Source: Candidatus Omnitrophota bacterium (GTDB taxonomy: Bacteria > Omnitrophota > Omnitrophia > Omnitrophales > Aquincolibacteriaceae). From it: a DNA stretch of 64,000 bases. Positions 1 to 9,664 of the stretch are shown piece by piece; position 1 is the stretch's first letter, and every line of letters starts with the position of its first letter. The translations under genes and the position numbers were made by a program. The notes beneath the pieces are model-generated. The model worked only from the letters and a program-made list of their open reading frames with translations. It was not told where the DNA came from and searched no databases. Location: assembly GCA_030698625.1 (NCBI GenBank), contig JAUYMS010000042.1:92150-156149 (forward strand), read 5' to 3'.

Positions 1-3000
1 CTTGCGCGCCGAGGTCTTGAGCATTTGCGCGGCGTTCCGGTCTCCCGATTCAAGTTCGAGAGTTTTCTTTTCTCCTTCGCCGTCCCTGTAGATGGCGCCC
101 TCCGGCTTCTGCAGGTAGTACCCGCCCATTAAGCGCACCTTACTCTGTCCCACGAAATAGCGCTTATCCGGTGTATCGTATTTCATTCTTAATTCGGAAC
201 GCGCTTGACGACTCGCGCCGTAGGCTTGCGGGTGCACGTCGGCAAAATCGGGGTATAGGTCGGTGCTTCGAGATACCAGAGTATGGTACCTCTCCATGGC
301 AAAAGCAAAATTACCCTCGCCGGAGCGCAGCAGATCGCCCGCACGAAATGGCGGCTCCCCCTCACTTTCGAGAAACTCTGCCGCATCCAGTATCAGCTCC
401 TCGAGCTCAAGCGTAAGCATTTCTACCTCAAGGTGAAATGCTTCACGCTCTCCTACGGGAAAATAAATGCCGGGAACCGGCGTGCGGTTGTACACCGCAA
501 CGACTCGATCTCTAAAATCGGCGTTTCGCTCGGAAAAATTCTCAACCTGCTGATGGGCACGGACGTTCAAGGCCGCGGTCGCATCGCCCGGCCGCGAAAC
601 AAGGCGGCTGTCGTAAAGGGCCATGATCTCTTCCCGCACGCGCTTGCGCTCCTTGTTCAGCTCGGCCATTCTGCGCCCCACGCGTCTTTGGAGGATGGTA
701 CCGGTCAAATACCACAAACCGGATAAACCGAGTCCTACAGCACTCATAACCACATCGATCCAAACCGGCCAGGCGATCATCTGCAAGGCCCTTCCCAATA
801 AGAAAATAGCGGGAAGCGATACCGCCGCAAGGAGGTGCCAAATACTCGGTTCCTCAAGACGCCGCACGCCAAATGAGGCCAACGTATAATGCTCGCGGGC
901 TTTGGCCATTTCCGCGGTCAGCCTTTGCGCCTTTTCGCGCAATGCACGGGCCGTCCCTTTCGCAGCGGCCTCGTCTACTCTAAGCTCCGAACGCTTCTTC
1001 TGATAAAAACGAAAGTCCATCTCGTGATAGGCGCGTGCCTCTGCGAGGAGTTCACGCACGAGAGCTTCCTGCTTTTGGCTCCAGCTAACGTTGCGATAAC
1101 TCTGAGCAGATCGATCAAGCGATGTCTCTCTGGCCGTCAAGGTCTGCAACATATCCGTCAGGGTCTTATAAGCAAATGCGGAGAATCGCCCGTAGCCCTG
1201 CCGCCGCCGTTGGTCTTCGTTGCGCAAGCGGTCAATGGCGGCCTGACGCAAAGCCGAAAAATTCAATCGGCTCAGCTCACGTATATACCGATTGGTTTGG
1301 CCGGCAACTTGATCAACGAAGGCATCCCTATCAAAATCGGGTTCGTTTCTGCGCCGGCGCTCCTCCACTTTTTCCAGCCGGCCGCCGACCACTTCCCTGG
1401 TCTTATCCTTTTCAAAATCAAAACGATCTCCGTAACCGGCCCGTAATTCTGACCGTGCGGGGAGGACTTCACTGACTCCGTCATCAATCTCTTGCTCGAT
1501 CCGCTGCAGATCATAACCGACAGCGCTCGCCGCATTGGCCCTTTTAAACATTTGTACAATGCCCCGGATGATGGAGACGCGCATAGTGCCGTAGACCACA
1601 TCATGGGCCGCTTCGATATTCTCGGGGATGATCCCCATGTGCGTCGGCTCCGGGGCCACAAGGGTTCCCATGTCCACGAGTTTCAGTTCCCCGGAAGGTG
1701 TGATACGAAAACTATCCGGCTTGAAATGCTTCACCCGCCGGCCGAATATACCCACCGTCAACTTCTGTCGGCCGAGTTCCAGCACAAACTCCGCGAATCG
1801 GCGCGAAAAGTTTTTCGCATCGAAGTCTGCCGGTTTCGCCAAAGCCTCTGAGACCGGCTGGCCGTCCACGTATTCCATGAGCATTGCCGCTGCCCGAACA
1901 CGTTCATTTCCAAACATTGCATTAAAACGGTAAAGCCGCTCGATCTTGGGCACATACCCCGTAGACTCCATGGCAGCTCCTAAGACCTGATCTTTTTCCA
2001 GTAAGTGCACAATATTTTCAGTCAAAATACGGTTGATCTCTTCCGCTTCACGGAAGCCGTAGCCGGTCCGAACCTTGTACCCGATGGGGACTTTCAAAGC
2101 CTTTTCCCCGCCCGCGGCATCTTTCACCAGATAGACCTCACCTCGCTCGCTTTCTCCCAACACACGCACAAACTCAAGCTCGGCATCAATCGCCTTAACA
2201 ATGGCTCCGGCATCAGCCGCTTCGATCGGCCATGCATAGTTAGACGCCACTTCACCGGCCCGTAGTTCGGAGCGGTGAGGAGCGTCAACGCTTGGCACGG
2301 GCACGGTCATGCGTTCGCGCGCACTTGTTTCGCCTAGTGCTTCCGGATACAAGACAACGTCGACAACGGTTTCGCCGGTCGCGGTTTGCCGCGGACGCAC
2401 GCGGTAGATCGGATCTCCGGCAGCGGTACTCGCATGGGCGCTCGCATTGAGCTGCGCAGCAAGACCCGGGCGGTCAGGCAGTAGGGGCGCGATCACTGAG
2501 AGAATCGTTCCGACTTCGGCCCCATAGAGCCAGCGAAGGTTGTCGAACAATTGCTTGCGCTGCGCCAGGCCGTGCGCCAAGGAAGCGGTTTCCATCGTGG
2601 ATCTTGTGAAGATATTAGACGCGTCCTGCAGAACGGCAGCGACATAGGCTTTCTGGCCGTCTTCGGCTTCGCCGAGCCCGATTTTCGGAGAAACCACTGC
2701 ATAGCTATAACCGCTGTCTTCGAAAAATTCACGGAAAGGCTCCTGGTGGAAACCTCCGGTGATGACGACCGCCTTTTCGAGTTCGAGTTCTTGCATGCGC
2801 CGGGCAATGTTCTCAGTCATCTCGGCATCACGCTTTTTCACCAGGCGATAAAACTCCATCGCTTTTTTGAAAAGCGCGTCGAGCCTGTCGAGGCTGTCAA
2901 AACGTGCTTCGCGAACACGCTTATCCGCGTTCAGCGAAAGAAAACGAGCGGCAACGGCTGAAGGCCGGATCGCGCTCCCCTCGCCGCCGTTCAGCATGAT

Positions 3001-4194
3001 CGCATCATATTCTGCCGGGGTAAGCTCCAGGCGAAACAGCTTCTGCAGCAACCTGTAATCTGTGAGCAGCCGGACTAAGGACTTTTCTTCAGGCGAGACG
3101 GCAAGGGTGTCGGATAGCCGGCCGATGAGCCGCTCGGTCTCTGCCATCAACCGGTCTGCCTTGAGTTCGCTTTGGAGCAGGAGATGCCCCACAAAGAATT
3201 TCACATTCGGATAGGCCTCATAATTAAAGTTGGGCGGAAGAAGCGCGACCAAACTCTCGATGAGATTGCCCGTCTGGGGCTCGGGCAAATGGTGCTGGGT
3301 CAACCCCATGCTCAGAAGGCTCTCGACTTCGTCAACAACAGGACGGCGGTCGGCACGAATCACAAGCCTCCTGACATCCGCCAAAAAGCGGTCCCGTTCT
3401 ACGGGGAACTCTGTCATGTCGATCTTGGATTCGAATTCCCGCAATTTAAAGATCCTCAAAAGCTGGGGCCAGTCGATCTGCAGTGCCGGGTCCGTTAAGT
3501 CTAGGCGAAGCTGCTCTTTCGCCTGCGCTCTCAGAAGCTCCAGCCAGTCGGGAAGGGACAGAAATCCCTCATCATGAGCTGCCAGCTGTTTGAGAAACTG
3601 GCGAAGTTGTACATTTAAAAAATGTCCCGACAGATACCGGATCTGACTGTCCATGCCCTGCACGAACTCCGAACTTTCCTCCCTTGCTTTAAGTACGGTT
3701 CGAAAGGCGTCACGGTTGGCAAGATAAGTCGAAAGGGTTTCAATGCCGTAACCTTCCGCTTGGGGTTCGTCGATAAGAAAGAGTTCCGGCGCCTTTATAA
3801 GCGCCTGTTTGGCTAAATGATCCGCAATAGACTTTGTCAGGGCCGAATCGTCGGGGAAGATTCTCAAGATCTCGGGCTCAAGCTTGAAGGCCGTTCCCTC
3901 CACAAAAACAGTATTGATGTCATAGGCCGTTTTGAGATGATGAAGAATCGTTTGGATATTCTTCTGCGCTTCGTAGTTACCGTGAGCCGTTTGAACGTGA
4001 ATCAGTGTGGGGCCGTTGCCGAGATGGAACCTGTCGACTGTTCCGAGCTCCGCGGGGATTTCGAGTTGAAAGTTCGGGGAAACACGGACTTCGGCTTGCG
4101 CGTAAACCATAGCGGCGGCATAACTTTGCGGCGCTGCAACAAAGTTACTAGCGAAGAAAATAATTGCCGTCAGCCATGTTGTGATTTTTAACAT
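1..4194 (-). CDS. Large secreted/membrane multidomain protein, 3' end beyond window start (>=1398 aa visible). It has an N-terminal signal peptide, a protein-kinase-like domain, two TM helices and four RSELR motifs.
   Basis: Manual translation of the minus strand from ATG at 4194 (RBS GAGGGG about 10 nt upstream) is stop-free down to nt 1. 4194 is divisible by 3, so the frame exactly fills the window edge. It is absent from the ORF track only because it has no in-window stop. The N-terminus MLKITTWLTAIIFFASNFVAAPQSYAAA looks like a signal peptide. Confidence 0.7.
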   Translation of the reverse strand, partial: MLKITTWLTAIIFFASNFVAAPQSYAAAMVYAQAEVRVSPNFQLEIPAELGTVDRFHLGNGPTLIHVQTAHGNYEAQKNIQTILHHLKTAYDINTVFVEGTAFKLEPEILRIFPDDSALTKSIADHLAKQALIKAPELFLIDEPQAEGYGIETLSTYLANRDAFRTVLKAREESSEFVQGMDSQIRYLSGHFLNVQLRQFLKQLAAHDEGFLSLPDWLELLRAQAKEQLRLDLTDPALQIDWPQLLRIFKLREFESKIDMTEFPVERDRFLADVRRLVIRADRRPVVDEVESLLSMGLTQHHLPEPQTGNLIESLVALLPPNFNYEAYPNVKFFVGHLLLQSELKADRLMAETERLIGRLSDTLAVSPEEKSLVRLLTDYRLLQKLFRLELTPAEYDAIMLNGGEGSAIRPSAVAARFLSLNADKRVREARFDSLDRLDALFKKAMEFYRLVKKRDAEMTENIARRMQELELEKAVVITGGFHQEPFREFFEDSGYSYAVVSPKIGLGEAEDGQKAYVAAVLQDASNIFTRSTMETASLAHGLAQRKQLFDNLRWLYGAEVGTILSVIAPLLPDRPGLAAQLNASAHASTAAGDPIYRVRPRQTATGETVVDVVLYPEALGETSARERMTVPVPSVDAPHRSELRAGEVASNYAWPIEAADAGAIVKAIDAELEFVRVLGESERGEVYLVKDAAGGEKALKVPIGYKVRTGYGFREAEEINRILTENIVHLLEKDQVLGAAMESTGYVPKIERLYRFNAMFGNERVRAAAMLMEYVDGQPVSEALAKPADFDAKNFSRRFAEFVLELGRQKLTVGIFGRRVKHFKPDSFRITPSGELKLVDMGTLVAPEPTHMGIIPENIEAAHDVVYGTMRVSIIRGIVQMFKRANAASAVGYDLQRIEQEIDDGVSEVLPARSELRAGYGDRFDFEKDKTREVVGGRLEKVEERRRRNEPDFDRDAFVDQVAGQTNRYIRELSRLNFSALRQAAIDRLRNEDQRRRQGYGRFSAFAYKTLTDMLQTLTARETSLDRSAQSYRNVSWSQKQEALVRELLAEARAYHEMDFRFYQKKRSELRVDEAAAKGTARALREKAQRLTAEMAKAREHYTLASFGVRRLEEPSIWHLLAAVSLPAIFLLGRALQMIAWPVWIDVVMSAVGLGLSGLWYLTGTILQRRVGRRMAELNKERKRVREEIMALYDSRLVSRPGDATAALNVRAHQQVENFSERNADFRDRVVAVYNRTPVPGIYFPVGEREAFHLEVEMLTLELEELILDAAEFLESEGEPPFRAGDLLRSGEGNFAFAMERYHTLVSRSTDLYPDFADVHPQAYGASRQARSELRMKYDTPDKRYFVGQSKVRLMGGYYLQKPEGAIYRDGEGEKKTLELESGDRNAAQMLKTSARK
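187..201 (-). other. RSELR motif codons (QARSELRMK) in the truncated large protein.
   Basis: Reverse complement cgt tcc gaa tta aga = R S E L R, in frame with the 4194 ORF. Confidence 0.8.
979..993 (-). other. RSELR motif codons (KKRSELRVD).
   Basis: Reverse complement cgt tcg gag ctt aga, in frame. Confidence 0.8.
1441..1455 (-). other. RSELR motif codons (PARSELRAG), C-terminal boundary of the kinase-like domain.
   Basis: Reverse complement cgg tca gaa tta cgg, in frame. Confidence 0.8.
1456..2259 (-). other. Eukaryotic-like protein-kinase-like domain (about 270 aa) bracketed exactly by two RSELR motifs.
   Basis: Gly-rich loop LGESERGEVYLV, putative VAIK-like lysine in EKALKV, HFKPDSF (degenerate HRDLKPxN) and LVDMG (DFG-like), seen in the translation. 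The catalytic motifs are degenerate, so it may be a pseudokinase. Confidence 0.45.
2260..2274 (-). other. RSELR motif codons (PHRSELRAG), N-terminal boundary of the kinase-like domain.
   Basis: Reverse complement cgc tcc gaa cta cgg, in frame. The plus-strand 17-mer ccgtagttcggagcggt is shared with giant-gene motif copy 8 at 37847. Confidence 0.8.
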
Positions 4195-4366
4195 CGTAGA
4201 AAATTCCCCTCTGTTCCGCCTGAACGGAACCCTGTGAAATTTGCCTAAATGGACGTAAATAAAGGAGTTGGTAAAGACTACCCGGTCGATCGGGCAGCTT
4301 CAAATCGGGGGAGTTTTTGATCTAGCATGGGCTAGCATTCAAAAACAATGAAGAGAGATGGCTGTC

Positions 4367-4524
4367 TACTTGTCCGCGTATAAATTGAGCATAAAGTCAC
4401 GGAACCACAGAGGCCGGCAAAAGAGGATATAGGCGGCAAAAATAGTGGCCATTGGAATGACAAAAAATACGATATCAAGAAGGAGAATTACCGCCGCGAT
4501 GAAGATTTTGTCCGTCGTCGTCAT
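4367..4524 (-). CDS. Small hydrophobic protein (51 aa), likely translationally coupled to the upstream amidotransferase gene.
   Basis: Its ATG overlaps the TGA of the 4521..5264 ORF (ATGA junction). Translation MTTTDKIFIAAVILLLDIVFFVIPMATIFAAYILFCRPLWF has one or two TM helices. It is below the ORF-track size cutoff. Confidence 0.3.
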
Positions 4525-5264
4525 GGGATCACCTTATCCAGAAAGTTTTCAAGCAGTCGTTTACCTGTTTTAGTGTAGATCTCTGAGAATGCGTCGAAAT
4601 CCGCCAGGAGCTTTTGTTTGTCTAGGACGCGGAGGTCCTTGTCCGTACTCGCCCACACTTCTAGCATTTCACGCGTCAGTTCAAAATGACATTGAATTCC
4701 ATAGGCATTCGTACCCACTCGGACCACTTGGTCACGACAATGCCTGCCGCCGGCCAACAGTGTCATGCTTTCGGTCAACCGCACCGTTTCACCGTGCAGC
4801 TGAAACACCTCAAAACCGTCAGAGAGGCCGTCAAATAAAGGGTCCGCTTTCCCCTCGCCGGTCAAGTCAACTTTAAAACGTTTGCCGTCAGGCTCGCGAA
4901 ATCCGACTTCTTTGAGCGGGCTCTTGACCACTCCGCCTCCTGCCGCTTTCACCAGGACCTGCAGTCCTAAGCAAATGCCCAGATAAGGAATTTCTTGATC
5001 AATGCACTCACGAGTCCGCATTAACTCGGTTGCCATCTTTTCCGTTCGATCATTAGCACTGTCGGGACCGCCCAGAACCACAAGACCTCGATAATTTGCA
5101 GGCGCCGGAAATTTCTCACCTCGCGCGAGGTCGACGACCTCGTGGGTCATAACGCGGTCTCTGAGAATTCCTTCTAATAAACCGGGCCCCTCGTGAGTGA
5201 CATTTTTGATCACAAGAAGCGGCTTCACTGCTGCGATGAACCGCCCTCTGACACCTTGACCCAA
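4521..5264 (-). CDS. Class I glutamine amidotransferase-like protein.
   Basis: 247 aa. GICLGLQVL nucleophile-elbow Cys motif and a downstream His/Glu, typical of the GATase1 fold. Confidence 0.7.
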   Translation of the reverse strand: MGQGVRGRFIAAVKPLLVIKNVTHEGPGLLEGILRDRVMTHEVVDLARGEKFPAPANYRGLVVLGGPDSANDRTEKMATELMRTRECIDQEIPYLGICLGLQVLVKAAGGGVVKSPLKEVGFREPDGKRFKVDLTGEGKADPLFDGLSDGFEVFQLHGETVRLTESMTLLAGGRHCRDQVVRVGTNAYGIQCHFELTREMLEVWASTDKDLRVLDKQKLLADFDAFSEIYTKTGKRLLENFLDKVIP

Positions 5265-8200
5265 CCGAGACGCACACGCAACCGCCCCAGTTGGTCGGTA
5301 ACGTCATCGGCGATGGAATACAGACAGGGCACCAACAGGAGTGTTAAAACCGTGGCAAACGCAATGCCATAACTGATGGCGAGCGCCATCGGTTTGATAA
5401 AGGGGTCACTGCCCCCGATCCCATACGCGACCGGCATCAAACCGAAAACGGTAGTCACGCTCGTAAGGATGACGGGACGCAAGCGTAGTTTTCCGGCCTC
5501 AATGATGGACTCCATGCGCCCCAACCCCTGTTCCTTGCGTTGGGCGTGGATGAAATCGACCAATACGATGGAGTCATTGACGACGACCCCGCTCAAACCG
5601 ATCGTGCCGAGAAGGGCCATAAAGCTTAAAGGCTGGCCGTGCAGAAAAAACGTGACAATAACCCCTACGATGCCAAAGGGAATGGCCGACATGACGATCA
5701 GCGGCCGCACGATGGAATTAAAATTGGCTGCCAGGATAATGAAGATAAAGAAAAGCGATAGAAAGAGCGCGCGGATAAAATCGTGGAGCGATTCCTTAGT
5801 CTCTTCCTGCTCTCCGCCGAAACTCATAGTAATGCTCGGATAACGTTTTTGTATTTCCGTTTTATAGTAGGCCCTCACCTTCCCCTCCACCTCGATCGGC
5901 GTAATCTGTTTCTCATCGAGATCCGCGGTCACATTGACCATGCGTTTACGGTCAAAGTGCTTGATGGCGTTGACGCCGACAGCCTCTTCAAGCGTCGCAA
6001 TCTTCATCAGGGGCACTAAGTTCCCCAGCCGATTCGGCACCAGGGCCCGGTCAAAAACCTCTTTCGAAGTCGTTTCATTGTCGGGGTATTTAACGATGAC
6101 TTCGATTTCCTCGTCCGTCTTGCGAATCTTCGTCGCCTCACCCCCTTCGATTCCGCGCCGGACAGCATTAGCCACGTCGCGCACCGTCAAATAGGCCTTG
6201 GTCGCCTTCTCTTCGTCGACAATAACCCGCAGCTCCGTTTTCCCGATATCGTAGTCGTCCCGAACATCCTTGAGGCCGGGGATCCCCGAAAGAAACCGTT
6301 TAAAGACTGAAGCGGCTTCATCTAAAAGGTCTAAGTCGTCCCCTCGGAGTCGTATGGCAACCGGCTTACCTACAGGCGGTCCCGCGCGCACCTTTTCGAA
6401 CGTAACCTCATCAAAGATATCTTCAAAGGCCTTCGACTTTTCACGCAGTTCGGCAATGATGTCGTCGGCCTTGCGCCTTCCTCGGGCCCTGCTTTCAGGA
6501 GTCAAGAACACATGCACCTGCCCGAGGTGAGATCCCCGGTCGGTATACGGATCGTCCGGGCCTTCCCGCATCATGCCGACTTGGGTTACGAAATTTTCGA
6601 GCTCCGTATCCGGCATTTTCTTGATGAGGTCTCCAAAATTCGCAAGCCTTTTATCCATTTCTTCCAGAGACGTTCCTATGGGGGCTTTCGCCCGAATAAA
6701 AAATTCCTCGATCATACCCTGTGGGAACAGAATAAACCGCATGCCCGCAAAAAACAGGAGCAAAGAACCGACAAACACACACACAAAGGCCATCACCGCC
6801 TTATAGCGGTGGCTGATCACCCATTTCAACATCGCCAGATAACGCTCACGCATCTTAATAAACCAAGGGCTCTCGGACTTTCCTTTCCCCCGCATACTCC
6901 CGCCAAAATCAGTCAAATGACTCGGGAGGATAACGAAACATTCAAACAGAGACGCCGACAGCGTGATGATCACGATCACGGGAATAACGGCAATGTACTT
7001 CCCGATAATGCCGCTCATGAATAAGATGGGGATGAAAGCGGCAATGGTGGTCAACACCGTCGTTATCACCGGTTTGGCGACCTGACTAGTACCCTGAATT
7101 GTCGCCTCGCGCGCTGAGAGCCCCATCTCGCGATGGCGGTACACATTCTCGGCAATAATAATGGCGTCGTCGACGACCATCCCCAAGACCATGATCAAGG
7201 CAAACATGGTAATCAGGTTGATAGTCAATCCGAACGCATACATGCCGAAAAAAGCGGTCATGACGGCTACCGGGATTCCGAGCGCAGTCATGACGGCTGT
7301 CCGGCGGGAAAGAAAGACCAGCAGACTGAAGACAACCAGGATAATTCCGATGGCGCCGTTATTCTTCAACACGTTCAGCCTGCGCTTGACATAAAAGGAG
7401 TAATCGTCAAAGTAGCTCACCTGCAGCTTCTCATGATCCTTCTTGAAGAGTTCCGCCGTTTCTTTGATCTGCTTGACGAGCCGGATAATATCGCCATTTT
7501 CTTTTTTGACCACTGTGAGCGTGATCGCCGGCTTGCCGAAGGTCTTCTCAATGACGTCATCGTCTTCGAATGTGTCCCGGACTTCGGCCACATCAGAGAC
7601 GCGAATCCAGTTTCCCAGATCATTGGCACGAATAATCACTTTGCGGATGTCGTCGGCAGTTTTGAATTCGCCGATGGTCCTGACTAAATAATCACCCTCC
7701 TTGGCGTGGAGAGTACCGCCGGGGACGTTCAGGTTCTGGTTGCGCAGGGCCAGGACAACGTCTTCCAGCGACAATTTGTAATCGTCGACGATCTTGGGGG
7801 TGACTTCCACCCAGATTTCTCGATCACGCCACCCGAGTCTTTCGATGCGCGCCACATCCCGCAAATCCAGAAAGCGCAATTCGAGCAGCCGCGCCAGCCT
7901 TTGCAGTTCCAGTTCGTCAAAGTCTCCCGACAAAGAGACATTGATCACCGGGATGTCCTTGGTCTGCAGCGCTTCAACTTCGGAGTCCTCGGCGTCTTCG
8001 GGAAGGTCATCGACGCGGTCCACGGCACGCTGGATATCGGTGACGATCTTGGTCTTGTCCTTTTCCGCCGGATCGATCTGCAGAACAATGATCGAGATGT
8101 TCTCCGTCGAAATAGAGGTCATCTCATCAATGCCGCTGACCTCCTTAAGTTCGTCTTCAAGCTCAATGGTAACAAGCTTCTCGACCTCTTCGGGCGGAGC

Positions 8201-8365
8201 CCCAGGGTAGTCCGTTCGCACGCTGACGACATCATAACTGATATTTGGAAAGGCTTCGCGCTGCATAGCGAGAAGAGAGATCACGCCTGCGATCACGAGG
8301 AAAAGGGACAGGAGATTGACAAAGAGAGAATTGTTTACCGAAAACTCAACGATCCGTCGCATCAT
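5225..8365 (-). CDS. RND family efflux transporter permease (AcrB/HAE1-like).
   Basis: 1046 aa, 12-TM architecture with two large periplasmic loops. The N-terminus MMRRIVEFSVNNSLFVNLLSLFLVIAG is typical of RND pumps. No membrane-fusion or outer-membrane partner gene is adjacent in the window. Confidence 0.85.
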   Translation of the reverse strand: MMRRIVEFSVNNSLFVNLLSLFLVIAGVISLLAMQREAFPNISYDVVSVRTDYPGAPPEEVEKLVTIELEDELKEVSGIDEMTSISTENISIIVLQIDPAEKDKTKIVTDIQRAVDRVDDLPEDAEDSEVEALQTKDIPVINVSLSGDFDELELQRLARLLELRFLDLRDVARIERLGWRDREIWVEVTPKIVDDYKLSLEDVVLALRNQNLNVPGGTLHAKEGDYLVRTIGEFKTADDIRKVIIRANDLGNWIRVSDVAEVRDTFEDDDVIEKTFGKPAITLTVVKKENGDIIRLVKQIKETAELFKKDHEKLQVSYFDDYSFYVKRRLNVLKNNGAIGIILVVFSLLVFLSRRTAVMTALGIPVAVMTAFFGMYAFGLTINLITMFALIMVLGMVVDDAIIIAENVYRHREMGLSAREATIQGTSQVAKPVITTVLTTIAAFIPILFMSGIIGKYIAVIPVIVIITLSASLFECFVILPSHLTDFGGSMRGKGKSESPWFIKMRERYLAMLKWVISHRYKAVMAFVCVFVGSLLLFFAGMRFILFPQGMIEEFFIRAKAPIGTSLEEMDKRLANFGDLIKKMPDTELENFVTQVGMMREGPDDPYTDRGSHLGQVHVFLTPESRARGRRKADDIIAELREKSKAFEDIFDEVTFEKVRAGPPVGKPVAIRLRGDDLDLLDEAASVFKRFLSGIPGLKDVRDDYDIGKTELRVIVDEEKATKAYLTVRDVANAVRRGIEGGEATKIRKTDEEIEVIVKYPDNETTSKEVFDRALVPNRLGNLVPLMKIATLEEAVGVNAIKHFDRKRMVNVTADLDEKQITPIEVEGKVRAYYKTEIQKRYPSITMSFGGEQEETKESLHDFIRALFLSLFFIFIILAANFNSIVRPLIVMSAIPFGIVGVIVTFFLHGQPLSFMALLGTIGLSGVVVNDSIVLVDFIHAQRKEQGLGRMESIIEAGKLRLRPVILTSVTTVFGLMPVAYGIGGSDPFIKPMALAISYGIAFATVLTLLLVPCLYSIADDVTDQLGRLRVRLGWVKVSEGGSSQQ

Positions 8366-8910
8366 GATGCTTGAACAGCCTCCGAGGACATTCCTGCCGC
8401 GAGAGAATTCCTAAAGTGATACGCCACAATACCAAACGCGACGGTAACGTTCAAAGAGTTCTTCAAACCCGCCATCGGAATTTCGACGGCACGGTCACAA
8501 AGCTCAAGGAGTTCCTCTGAAACCCCCGTAATTTCATTACCCAAAACAAGGCACACCGGACGCCGCGGGCGAAACTCATGATAAGGAATACTTTCGGCCA
8601 GCTGCTCAAGCAAAACGATTTCTGCCCCTTGCTCCTTTTCAAGACGCAACGCATCCATCGCATAGCGCTGATATTTCCACGCAACGGTGTTCTCCGCGCC
8701 GAGGGCCGTCTTCGAAATTTGAGTATCGGGCGGACACCCCGTAATCCCGCACAGCCAGATTTTAGCGATACCGATGCCGTCGGCTGTGCGAAAAATCGAG
8801 CCGACATTATAGAGACTTCGAATGTCGTTGAGCACAATCGAGAACGGTAGGGGGAAACGCTTCTGATCCGCCTGTCTTTGTAAAAGTTCGATATGGGACA
8901 ACTTGCGCAC
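8362..8910 (-). CDS. SpoU/TrmH family RNA 2'-O-methyltransferase.
   Basis: 182 aa. LVLGNEITGVS and GCPPDTQIS-type SPOUT motifs. Confidence 0.7.
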   Translation of the reverse strand: MRKLSHIELLQRQADQKRFPLPFSIVLNDIRSLYNVGSIFRTADGIGIAKIWLCGITGCPPDTQISKTALGAENTVAWKYQRYAMDALRLEKEQGAEIVLLEQLAESIPYHEFRPRRPVCLVLGNEITGVSEELLELCDRAVEIPMAGLKNSLNVTVAFGIVAYHFRNSLAAGMSSEAVQAS

Positions 8911-9039
8911 CGGACTTCACGCCTCCTGTCGGTAATGAAGTGAATGGTAAGCTTATAAACCAATGCCGACGGATTCAACCTTTATCTTAGGGAGGCGGTA
9001 CAGAGCCCTACTCGGAGGCCGTAAATAGAATGAGAACCA

Positions 9040-9080
9040 TACATTAAGATGTATCAGATGGTATTCTTTATGCTATAATC
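9040..9080 (+). promoter_or_regulatory. Candidate sigma70-type promoter for the CBS-kor operon.
   Basis: Perfect -10 hexamer TATAAT at 9074..9079 in atgcTATAATcg, with a 110-nt leader before the ATG at 9188. The -35 element is poor. Confidence 0.3.
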
Positions 9081-9187
9081 GAGCCAAATATAAAAGACAG
9101 TCTTCAGCTGGGGTGAGGACACTCCAACATCGCCCACTGTAACAAGTTAGACTACACCGTCTTCGACATCTGAGCGGGAGAAATGCT

Positions 9188-9664
9188 ATGACTACCAAAT
9201 CGGTTGATGCCCTACTCAAAGAGAAGAAGATTTTTCAGGTTGTCAATCCAAAGCTTGTCCAGGCCCGCCCCGAAATGCCTGTTCAGTCGGTTATTCAAAT
9301 CATGCAAGAAAAGCAGTCAGGCTATGCCGTCATCGCCGAGAGCAACAGAGTAGTCGGCATCTTTACCGAACGTGACGTCGTCATGAAAGTCTTAAATAAG
9401 GACGTAGACTTAAACTCGCCCGTAAGCGAGTTTATGACGCCCGATCCTTTCGTGCTCACGCCGCAAGATTCTGTAGGCGCGGCGATGGATCTCATGGGCG
9501 ACAAACGCTTTTACCATGTGCCTCTCGTCAATGACAATGGAGAGTTGGTAGGAATCCTTTCCGTAAGAACTTTGATTCGATTTCTCGCGGCTTTTTATCC
9601 GACAGAAGTCTATAACTTGCCTCCGGTCCCCGGCCAAATCATGGAGACTCCAGAAGGTGGATAA
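9188..9664 (+). CDS. CBS-domain pair protein.
   Basis: 158 aa, two CBS repeats (VGIFTERDVV..., HVPLVNDNGELVGILSVRTLI). Confidence 0.75.
   Translation: MTTKSVDALLKEKKIFQVVNPKLVQARPEMPVQSVIQIMQEKQSGYAVIAESNRVVGIFTERDVVMKVLNKDVDLNSPVSEFMTPDPFVLTPQDSVGAAMDLMGDKRFYHVPLVNDNGELVGILSVRTLIRFLAAFYPTEVYNLPPVPGQIMETPEGG

Noticed and set aside
171-3816. Many short ORFs on both strands in the first 4 kb suggested a degraded or frameshifted region.
   Set aside because: Manual translation shows one continuous minus-strand frame from 4194 to nt 1. The short ORFs are out-of-frame artefacts and the real gene is simply truncated by the window.
4195-4366. Small inverted repeat CTAGCATGGGCTAG upstream of the 4194 start as an operator.
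   Set aside because: It is only a 5-bp stem, below what I would call significant without comparative data.
7706-8374. A 222-aa plus-strand ORF and other ORFs antisense to the RND transporter gene.
   Set aside because: They are fully contained in a well-supported 1046-aa RND CDS on the other strand, with no motifs.
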